A stretch of DNA of 64,000 bases from Phaeosaccion multiseriatum (Eukaryota > Protista > Ochrophyta, other classes): positions 1,116,001 through 1,180,000 of the forward strand of contig OZ218953.1 of assembly GCA_965112735.1 (NCBI GenBank), given 5' to 3'. The translations under genes and the position numbers were made by a program. Positions 23,521 to 48,614 of this stretch are shown one piece after another (position 1 is the first letter of the stretch; each line of letters starts with the position of its first letter). The notes beneath the pieces were generated by a model that was given only the letters and a program-made list of their open reading frames with translations, made no database searches and had not been told where the DNA came from.

Positions 23521-24054
23521 ATGCAGATCCTCCAAGTGCTCATGGCGCTCGCAGCCGCCCTCGCCCTTGCAACCGGCGCCAGCGTGGCTGCGGAAGAGAC
23601 CACCCAGCGCGAACTGTAAGTGGTCCTCAAGACGTCTCGCTTCGTTCTTATCGTCTCTCTGGACCATACTCCGGCTCGTTTCTCTGCTGCTGGTTCTAAT
23701 ACTGACGCGTCTTCGTCTCGTGTCTCATGCTGCACTCGTAGTCACTATGGACGACGCAGCTCCTCCGGCTCCAAGTCTTACCGTGGCAGGGGCTGGGGCC
23801 ACGGCTACGGCAGGGGCTGGGGCTCGCTCTCCTCCTCGGGCTCCAGGTCTTCCTCCGGTGGACGCTTCTACGGCAGGGGCTGGGGCTACGCCTACGGCCT
23901 GGGACGCTCCTCGGGCTCCAAGTCTTACGGCAGGGGCTGGGGCCACGGCTACGGTAGGGGCTGGGGCTCCTCGCTCTCCTCTTCGGGATCCAAGTCTTCT
24001 TCAGGATCCAAGTCTTCCTCGGGCTCGAGGTCCTCCTCCAAGGGTGCATGGTAA
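23521..24054 (+). CDS. Gene A: secreted 135-aa precursor; signal peptide, RxL site, Gly/Ser/Arg/Trp/Tyr-rich repeat peptide (silaffin/cingulin-like)
   Basis: Exon 1 23521-23615 (MQILQVLMALAAALALATGASVAAEETTQRE-CT|gtaag), exon 2 23742-24054 (tag|T CAC TAT..). Mature part HYGRRSSSGSKSYRGRGWGHGYGRGWG...SSSKGAW*. Confidence 0.85.
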
Positions 24055-24221
24055 AGAGATCAAGACGATGCCTTGACTTAACGCTCTTAGTAGCATTAAT
24101 TGAATGAAACGATTCACACAAGAAACCGCCGCTCATAGGCGGTTCTCCCCCTGTGCTATGCATACTCAAAGAGAGGCGATGCTCTTGATATCAAGGGCGA
24201 GGAAAAACGCATAGGCTTTTT

Positions 24222-25360
24222 AGCACCCCAAGGAGGCCCAATCGTCAACAAGAGGGTTCTCGGGCTAAATTGACTCGCCACAAGGCACAGCCATTGTGAG
24301 CTGCACCCGCCCCCCCTCTCTTCCTGCCGCCCATTCTCATCCACCGACTCCTCTGCTCCTCAGGTAGGGAAGCATGCCTCCTTGCCTGCCCTCGAGCATC
24401 GCGGGAAGACCGATGTTCTTCCCGTGATGCTAGAGGGCAGTGATGCCCAGGGCTGGATGGAAGCTATGCAGCAGACAAGGAGGCATGCCTGCCTGCCTGG
24501 GGAGCAGCAGAGTCCGTGGGTGAGAAAGGGCGGCAGGCGGACAGGGATCGGAGGAGAGGTGCGTTCGCTGCCCGCCGCAAATTCTCTGCTCCTGTGCTTG
24601 CTATCAGAACCTCGACCAATGCCGGCCCCCGCCACTGGTGAGACCGAAGGCACAGCGTGCCGAACAAGGCGCCCCTGTGACGCCGCTCGTGACGGCACTC
24701 GACATGGCGGAGGAGGTTGGCGAGGCTGGGGGGGGGGGGGCGGGGTGGATAGGGACGTGAGCAGGCTGCAGAAACACCCAGACGCAGGTGTCCGTAAGGC
24801 AGCGGCGCACCTGCTCTACACGTTACACAAAGCAGTAGGGGCAAGCGCAAGAGAGAGAACAGGCAAAGAGAATGGTGAGTAGAATGGGGAATTGCTTGGG
24901 GCGGAGGTGTTCTGATCCCTTCATCCCATTGTAGCCTCAAAGAAATTCTGCTTCATTGCTTCATGTCTTTAAACACTTGCGCGCATGTTTGCTCTCGTCT
25001 CACTCCCTTGCAGGAGCCGACAACGCTGAAGATGCCCACGGCCCAGGGGAGACTGGTCCCACTGGAGTTTTAACGGGCTTTCTAGTGAACTTCAGGTGAG
25101 ACGAGCCGGCAGCCCAGAACTTGTCTCTCCGCGCGGGGCGAGGTGAGAGTGGGCAAGGGCAGCTCAGGCCGTCTACCTTTATTTTCTCAAGCCTTGCTAC
25201 CGCCTTGCGTTGTGTAGATCGAAAAAGTGAGCTTGTGTCTTTGCAACGCCATGAGTAGTCGGCTCGTCTCTCTCACCCTCGCCCGATCATCGTTCGCCCC
25301 AGCCTCCGTACCAACAGAGAGACGACACGGAGGCTTCAGCGGAGGCCGCGGGGGAAGAGT
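24222..25360 (+). pseudogene. Pseudogene B: decayed inverted copy of gene C
   Basis: Promoter copy at 24222-24290, ~600 bp of unrelated sequence, exon 1 missing. Intron/exon 2 copy at 24950-25235 has TTT GGG GGA changed to TTC AGG TGA (stop 25097-25099). Only fragments of exon 3 remain. Confidence 0.8.
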
Positions 25361-25375
25361 CTTTCTATGATAAAT

Positions 25376-25905
25376 AGTCAACTCTATTTGTAAATCCAAC
25401 TAAACTCAAGGCCGCGCACGTCATACTGCTGTCTTTGTTGGGAGCGCTCGTTGCAAGAGCTGCTGCTGCGAGCTTTGTGCTCTCTCTCTCGCCAGCACCA
25501 ATGCCCAATCCAATCAATACCTCGCCTTAGCAGAGTTGCCGAGGCCTTCCTTCGGTGACGCTACATGGCGCCGCTGATACTGCATCCTCCCTTGTCAACA
25601 AAGGAGCTCCCCCGTCCCTCTCGCTGGACCGCGAAGCAGCCTTGTACTCACGGAGGATAAACGCCTCGTTCTTGCCTTTGTTTGCTTGCTGGCTTACGCA
25701 GTGCTTGCAAGCTTTAGCGAGTGTACGCTGATGTACCACACTCTAGTTTCTCATGTGGGCACGCACTCACACCATCCTGCAGTAGGAGTGGCAGCAGCAC
25801 AGCAAAGCACGCAGTAGCAGCTCTTGCAACGAGCGCTCCCAACAAAGACAGCAGTATGACGTGCGCGGGCCTTGAGCTTAATTGGATTTACAAATAGAGT
25901 TGACT
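25376..25905. repeat. Innermost arms of the inverted duplication (25376-25480 and 25797-25905), ~315-bp spacer
   Basis: AGTCAACTCTATTTGTAAATCCAA..GCACGTCATACTGCTGTCTTTGTTGGGAGCGCTCGTTGCAAGAGCTGCT is present as its reverse complement on the right. Confidence 0.92.
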
Positions 25906-26008
25906 CTTCGTCGCCAAGGACTCTCCCCCTCCCGACCACTCACACAGCTGTCAAGCGAAAGCAGGAGCACTGTCTTAAATTGGGCCACTGAAGGGTACGC
26001 GATCTGGA

Positions 26009-26718
26009 CTAGAATCCTTCAAAGTCGCCACCACCCCCCCCACCCCCCCGGCCTCCGCCAAAGCCTCCCCTGCCCCCACCCCTGCCCCCGCCAAAGCCTC
26101 GGCCGCCGCCGCGTGGTGCACCGGTGTTGATACGGAGGCTGGGGCAAACGTTCTGTTGGTTGTCTACCGCTGGGCCCGCGCCGCTCGTTGTGTACCCGCC
26201 CACCTCGCCGTCAGCCGCTTCCGCTGCGGGGCAAAGAAGAGCGATGGTCGAGGGTGCGCTCACTTTAAGATTTACACAATGCGAGGCGGTAGCAAGGCTT
26301 GAGAAGCTAAAGTAGACGTCCTGAGCTGCCCTTGCCCACTCTCACCTCTACCCGCGCGGAGAAAGAAGTTCTGGGCTGCCGGCTCGTCTCCCCCAAAGTT
26401 CACTGGAAAGCCCGTTAGATCTCCAGTGGGACCAGTCTCCCCTACGCCATAGGCATCTTCAGCGTTGTCGTCTCCTGCAAGGGAGTGAGACGAGAGCAAA
26501 CATGCGCGCAAGCGTTCAGAGGCGTGAAGCAATGAAGCGCTTTTCTTTTTAGGATACAGGATCTACAGGGGCAGGACAAACGCACCCTCCTCCACAGTCG
26601 CAGGCTCGTCCGCGATGGGCACGCTGGTGGCGGCGGGCTGGTCCGCGGTGGGCACGCTGGTGCCGGTGGCAAGGGCGAGGGCGGCTGCGAGGGCCATGAG
26701 CACTTGGACGACCTTCAT
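26009..26718 (-). CDS. Gene C: secreted ~158-aa precursor; signal peptide, acidic pro-region, RGG/Gly-rich tail
   Basis: Exons 26718-26586, 26474-26346 (alternative donor 26352), 26223-26009, all junctions phase 1. MKVVQVLMALAAALALATGTSVPTAD...QNFFLRAGR...[44 protein letters not shown]. Confidence 0.82.
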
Positions 26719-26971
26719 CTTGGTCGCTACGAGGAGACTATGGGCTTCTTTGGAAGGATCAGAAGCATTGTGGGCAAGAGTGACCGTGCCTTAGGGCGTC
26801 AATTTAGCCATTAGTGCCCGAGAACCCTTTTGACGATTGGGCCTCTCGACACCCAACTTGGGGTGCTGAAATGCCTCGGCCTTTTTCTTCCCCTCTCTTT
26901 CAAGGACTCTTTGCGTGGCATCGCGTAGCAGCCTGCGAGGAGGATGGTGGCAAGTATGAGGGAAGTATGCC

Positions 26972-27200
26972 CTTCCGCAGCCACGCTGGCGCCGGTTGCA
27001 AGGGCGAGGGCGGCTTGAGTGTTCGTTGGTCGTGGGGCTGGCTGTAGTGCTTTTACTCGCAGGACAGTATGAGCAGAGAGGAGGTGCCTTGCTGTGTGTC
27101 GGCGCTGTTACCGAGCACATTTCCACGTGATATGAAACATGGAGCACATTTCCACGGAACCCTTTTGCTACTCCTGATTGGGTCTCCTCTATTGCCCACT
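26972..27200 (-). pseudogene. Pseudogene D: inverted remnant of gene A promoter, 5'UTR and exon 1, start codon deleted
   Basis: Minus strand reads ..GACCAACGAACACTCAAG|CCGCCCTCGCCCTTGCAACCGGCGCCAGCGTGGCTGCGGAAG, i.e. gene A with the 34 bp carrying the ATG removed at an AG microhomology. Confidence 0.82.
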
Positions 27201-27519
27201 TTCCTCCCGTCTCAGCCTCTCTCCGTTAGCAAGAGCATCGCCTCTCTTTGAATACATGCTGCAGCTGCGTAGGAGGAGGAGGTAGCTGGATCCGGGCAAT
27301 AGAGCGGGAGAACCACTGCTCTAGCATGGTATAGGCGCACGCACCCACGCCTCCCTTGCTCAATCGAACCCTTCCCTCAAAGGGCTGGGAAATTTCCAGG
27401 CCAAAATCTTTGACACGACCCCTCTAGAACCCTCTGGCTTAGACCTTGCGCCATTAGTGACTTTGAAGACTTTGCACAGGAAGTTTGCAAGCCTCCAAAG
27501 ACAAGAAGCACATCGAGAC

Positions 27520-28419
27520 ATGAACTCCTTCAAGACGATGTTGGCGGTCGTGGCGCTCTTCGCGCTCTCTTCGCTGCCGGCAGCCCATGCCCAGCAGACG
27601 GCGGTGAGTGGTGATTGGAGCGTTAGCAGTCTCGGAAAGCGCTCCAGAGGACAGAGGAGAGGCTGAGGAGGCTCTGCTCAGCCTTCTGGACCGATGATCA
27701 CACGCGGGCGCCAACGTCGTCGCCTTTACTTGAAGCTGTCAACCCGTGTCCATTCCGCACGCGCCACTGTAGGCAAACCCTCTTGTTTGAAAAGGCTTCT
27801 CCGAGGACAGCTTCACCTCTCCGTCTGACTTTGCTGCTCTCCGCGCTCCCCGCCCTGCCTTTTATCACTTGCCTCATTGCAGACTCAAGCCCCCGCGGCT
27901 ACCACCCCCGGTCAATGCGGAGACTACTGTGGTGACTTCGGCATCCTCCCCGGTCAGACTGGCCCACAGTCCATCCCGACCGCTGAAGCCACTGATGCGC
28001 CAGCGACCGCGACTCCCGCCCCGGGTGGTGATGCACCGGCCGACGCTGAGGCCGACGAGGACGAGGAGGACGCACGCCCCCCCGCTGACGACACCACTCC
28101 TCCTTCCCGCCGCCCCAACCGCCGCACTCGCCCCCCCGCTGACGAGGGCGAGGAGGACGAGACTGAGGACGAAGACGCGCCTCCCAACAACGCTGAGACC
28201 ACTGACTTTCAACTTCGAGGTGGAAGACGCCTTCAGCAGCAGCAGCCGTGCTTCTGCTCTCGCACGTGCCAGCAGACAGGCTCCTGCTGCTCTGACTTTG
28301 ACCCCGCGAATTGCAACTTCAACACCACCACCGAAGCCCCGGCCGCAGATGACGGTGGCGCCAACGGGGATGGAGGTTTCAACGAAGGAGGCGATGGTGG
28401 TGAAGGAGGAGGAAACTAG
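27520..28419 (+). CDS. Gene E: secreted acidic protein with a split somatomedin-B-like 8-Cys domain and LRGGRRL processing motif
   Basis: Exon 1 27520-27603 (MNSFKTMLAVVALFALSSLPAAHAQQTA|gtgagt), exon 2 27883-28419. CGDYC...LRGGRRLQQQQPCFCSRTCQQTGSCCSDFDPANC. Confidence 0.82.
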
Positions 28420-28487
28420 AATTCTAGGTGGCTGACTCCAAGTTCTCTAAGAATGTGCGTAAGAGCTGATCAAGTATTTAATTAATA

Positions 28488-29075
28488 GACGTTGCTAAGA
28501 TCCAATACCACTCCCCCCCTTGGATGTCCTTGTCCTTACACTTGCCTCAATGTCTTGTATGTCCTTGTCCTTATCACTTTTGCCTCCTACACGGCCTTCT
28601 CCCTTCCCTTTGCCCCCTGCACGGCCTCATCCCTTTGCGCCCTACACGGCCTCGTCACTGAACCGCCCCTCCCACTGTCCCGAATTGGACAGAAATCGAC
28701 CTCCTCGATATCCAATGTCGATGTCCTGCCCATACACTTATTCTTAGCCTCCGGCCAAGGGCAGTGGCGCCCCTTCCCGGAACAGCTCTCAGTAGCCACC
28801 TAGTGGCCTACCGCTCACTCCAAGATCGCGCTGAGATGTACGCACGACTGATCAAGTGGAGCGTGTGTACTTTAAAGAAGACGTTGCTAATGTCCAATAC
28901 TACCCCCTCGATGATGTCATGTCCTTACGCTTACCCCAATGTCCTTTCTGTCTTTGTCCTTATACTCCTTTGCCTACTACACGGCCTCGTCACTGAACCG
29001 CCCCTCCCACCGTCCCGAATTTGACAGAAATAGACCTCCTCGATTTCCAATGTCCATGTCCTGCCCATACACTTA
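28488..29075 (+). repeat. Diverged direct duplication (28488-28740 and 28880-29075)
   Basis: Both copies run GACGTTGCTAA..TACACGGCCTCGTCACTGAACCGCCCCTCCCAC..ATGTCCTGCCCATACACTTA. Copy 1 has a ~55-bp internal expansion. Confidence 0.88.
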
Positions 29076-29080
29076 CATTA

Positions 29081-29240
29081 TCGGCCCTGGACAAGATTAC
29101 AGTGTGTACCAACAAAACTATCTGATTATCAATAATCAGGCCCCAGCTGGCGCCATAATCAGGCCGGCTGGCGCCGGGCATAATCAGTAATCAAGGCGGG
29201 CTGGCGTAATCAGAAATCACATAATTTTGTCCAGGGCCGA
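29081..29240 (-). mobile_element. MITE copy 1 (160 bp)
   Basis: TIRs TCGGCCCTGGACAAGATTA / TAATTTTGTCCAGGGCCGA, internal TAATCAG(TAATCA)GGCC..GGCGCC repeats. Flanks CACTTA-CATTA | CACTTA (imperfect TSD). Inverted homologue of 46391-46602. Confidence 0.75.
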
Positions 29241-29283
29241 CACTTACAGCGTGCGTGTGTGCTTGCGTGTTGTGTGAGGGCGA

Positions 29284-29543
29284 GCAAGTCCTCCCACGCC
29301 TCTTGCACCGTCTGTCCAGGGCAAGCAGAGAGAGAAGGGATATAATATACAAGTCCTCCCACGCCTCTTGCACCGTCTGTCCAGGGCAAGCAGAGAGAGA
29401 AGGGATATAATATACAAGTCCTCCCACGCCTCTTGCCCGTCTGTCCAGGGCAAGCAGAGAGAGAAGGGATATAATATACAAGTCCTCCCACGCCTCTTGC
29501 ACCGTCTGTCCAGGGCAAGCAGAGAGAGAAGGGATATAATATA
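29284..29543. repeat. 65-bp minisatellite, four copies
   Basis: Unit ACAAGTCCTCCCACGCCTCTTGCACCGTCTGTCCAGGGCAAGCAGAGAGAGAAGGGATATAATAT, nearly identical copies with no spacers. Confidence 0.95.
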
Positions 29544-30117
29544 CACCTAAGAATGGTGTGTGTGTGTGTGTGTGTGTGTGTAGGGTAGGCGTGGCCGAAA
29601 GGTTCTCAAAATCGATCACCTCGAATCAATACATCGATGGATACAGGGATGGCACCAGAGGAATTCCTCTCCTCTTTTCCTCCTTCTCCTTATACATTGC
29701 TGCTTGTAGCTCGAAGGTAAGGATAAAGGCAAGGATGGGTGTTGAGGAAAGGAGGAGGAGTGCTTGCCCCCCCTCCTCGGCTCTATTCCTCGTCTTCTCC
29801 CATCCCATCTTCTCTCTCTGCTCTCTCCAAGTCAGCTCTTTTTGCGTCCGTGGTTGGTTGCGGCTGCTCCTGACAGCCCTTCCGGCTGGCAATCAAGAGA
29901 GAGGGGTGCCCTTCTTTCCTGTAGAGCCCCCCTCTGCAGTGGGCAAAGAGAGGCTGAAAGACTCGCAAGGGTTTTCTAAGACTTCTTCTCTTTCTCTCCC
30001 CCCTCACCCCTCCCTCTTCCTTCTCTTCTTCTCTTGTCACCTCCAACCCCCCTCAATGGCAGCAGACGGCAGTGACACGCAGCGTCGTGGCGTAGGACCT
30101 CGCGCCGTCTTCCAAGG

Positions 30118-46169
<16,052 letters not shown>

Positions 46170-46390
46170 GGCAGGCGGGAGAGGAGAGCGGCAGCATCGC
46201 AGCAGGGAGAGACCACCGACAGAACCTACTTGGAGCGCGGCCTCATACAGTATACAAGCAAGAGAGCAAAGTGCGAGGAAAGGATGTGCAGCAGCTCGCG
46301 CAAGCATGAAATGAAAAAAAAGGAAAAATAAAAAAAATTAAAAAATTCCCTCGGCTAATTTCACGCCGGCCTCTGTGGTTACGGGTCCGA

Positions 46391-46602
46391 TCGGCCCTGG
46401 AAGAGGTTATCAGATTACTGATTACGGCCGGTGCAGCCGGCCTGATTACTGATTATGGCGCCAGCCGGGCCTGATTACTGATTATGACCGGCGCCAGCCG
46501 GCCTGATTACTGATTATGACGGGCGCTAGCCGGCCTGATTACTGATTATTGGCGCCAGCCGGCCTTATGACCGGCGCACACTGTAACCTCTTCCAGGGCC
46601 GA
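46391..46602 (+). mobile_element. MITE copy 2 (212 bp) with perfect 19-bp TIRs and 6-bp target-site duplication
   Basis: TCGGCCCTGGAAGAGGTTA ... TAACCTCTTCCAGGGCCGA, with GTCCGA on both flanks (46385-46390, 46603-46608). Internal tandem ~30-bp unit GGCGCCAGCCGGCCTGATTACTGATTAT. Confidence 0.85.
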
Positions 46603-47203
46603 GTCCGAGTACAGTACTCCTTGTGCCTGGTGTCACAACAACAAGGAGGGTAAACCGCGCACGTACGCACGCCTCAACCGCTCGGTGTGCGGTTGAGCCT
46701 TCGTTTCCGACTTTCACATGAGAGATAATCAGAACGAGTCCGGGGGGTCCGGGGGGCCCGCATTTTGATTTATGCCGCCACGCCATTCATTACGTAAAGC
46801 TTACATAAGTGGGAGGTTTGCATTTGCTGGCGAAAGGAGAGAGAGAGAAGGCTGCACCGCCCACGTCCCGTCCAACAGCGGAAAAAAGGAGGGCGAGGGA
46901 TCCTGGGAAGGGGGGGGGGCGCGGTAGCAGCAGCAGTGGAGGAGGTTTTTGGGCTCCGCTGATAGCGCTGTGCATCAGAGGTTTCAGGAAGGAGAAGGGG
47001 CCTGACGCAGGAGAGGAAGTTGGGCACAGGAACCGAGGGGCAAAAAGCAGGTGAGGGCTTGGAAAGTGTGAGGAAGGGAATGGGGCATCATTTGGCAGTG
47101 TTTTCCCATAATAAATCTTGCCTCCACCTCCTCCTTCAACAGACGCCCCCACGTCCCGAACGTGTACCGCAGGTGAGCCTGGATCTCTTGCCGGGGCGCC
47201 AGG

Positions 47204-47994
47204 ATGAGTGGGCTTGATCTCCTCGTGGACGCCCTGGGGAACAAGAAGGGGGAGGCGTGGGAGGAAGAGGAGGGAGCGGCAGGAGGAGGAGGAGGACGAG
47301 CAGGGGCAGGGGCAGGGGCAGGTGCGGGCAAAAGCAAGGGGAGGCAGGCCAGCGGGAGGGCGCGAAGGAGCGCGAATAGCAGTAGTATCAGCAGCAGCAG
47401 CAGTAGTAGTAGTAGTAGCAGTAGCGATGGCGGGGGGAAGCGAGCGCCGGAAGAGGTTGAGGAAGGGAAGAGGGGCAGGGGTGGCAAGAGGGGCCGGGGC
47501 GGGGCGGTGAGTCAGCAGCAGCAGAAGCAGCAGCCAAAGCATGGCGATGCCCTAGAAGCTGCCGTGAGCGATGACAAAGTGTGGAAGTCATTGCGGTCGT
47601 ACCAGGAGGGTATGCCGTACAAGGATTGGCGCAGTGGAGACTTGGCTGCACGGCTAGGGCACGTGAGCCTTGCAGTCAGCAAGGAGGCGGAGGCCGCGAA
47701 GGGGGGCGCCAAGGGCATGAAGGCGAATGGTGGTGAGTGAGTTTGTGGGTGAGGATGAGGGCGGGTGGGAGAGAGAGAACATGGAGGTAGCTGTTTGTGT
47801 GTGTGTGTGGGGGGGGGATGCGCTCTTCCCTCCCTCCACATCCCATGGTGAAAATGGACATCTCAAGGGGGATGTTGTAATACGACCCGACTCTTCCATG
47901 GACACGTGTCTGCCCCCTCCTTCCCTGAAACCTCCTCCTCCTCCTCCTCCTCCTCCTCCTCCTCCTCCTCCTCCTCCTCCTCCTCCTCCTTCTT

Positions 47995-48032
<38 letters not shown>

Positions 48033-48579
48033 TCTGCTTCTACTACTGCTACAACTATTTCTCCTCCTGCTACAATTACTACTATTTCCGCTACTACAAC
48101 ACGACTATTGCCTCCCCTCAGCAAGCAACCGCTTGAGCTGGTCCTGGCGGGCGATGGACTCTGCAGCTGCAGGGGGGCATCTGGACATGCTCAAGTTCCT
48201 CCACGCACACAGGTAAGGTCAATGACGCAGTTGGCATAGTTACGTAAGGTCAATGACGCAGTTGGCATAGTTACGTGAGGTCATTGACTGCAGTTGGCAT
48301 AGTTACGTAAGGTCATTGACTGCAGTTGGCATAGTTTACGTAGTTGAGGAGAGTACCGTAACGTCGTGAACACGAAGTGTCCAAGAAGTGTGCAGGGCTC
48401 GTGACTGTGACGGTCAGCACCGAGGTTGCGGATCGCTTGTGTTCAGGCATTGGTTTCAGACTCCGCAACTTGCTACGCTGAGCTACCCTAACACCCCACA
48501 CCCCACACCCTGGTCACCTTTCGCACGCTCTCTCTCTCCCTCTCTCTCTTTCTGTCCCCCTATCGATCTCTCCGACCTT

Positions 48580-48614
<35 letters not shown>

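Noticed and set aside
23696-24169. Minus-strand ORF with protamine-like SPSPCRR repeats, and the alternative plus frame 23426-24076
   Set aside because: Shadow frames of gene A. Only the YGRGWG frame joins the signal-peptide exon in phase through canonical splice sites.
29284-29543. Regular repeat array as CRISPR or as a repeat-protein ORF
   Set aside because: Head-to-tail identical units with no spacers; unit length is not a multiple of three.
46391-46602. CRISPR-like look of repeated GGCCTGATTACTGATTAT
   Set aside because: Intervening segments are ~10-14 bp and similar to each other, no cas genes are present, the context is eukaryotic, and TIRs plus TSD explain it as a MITE.
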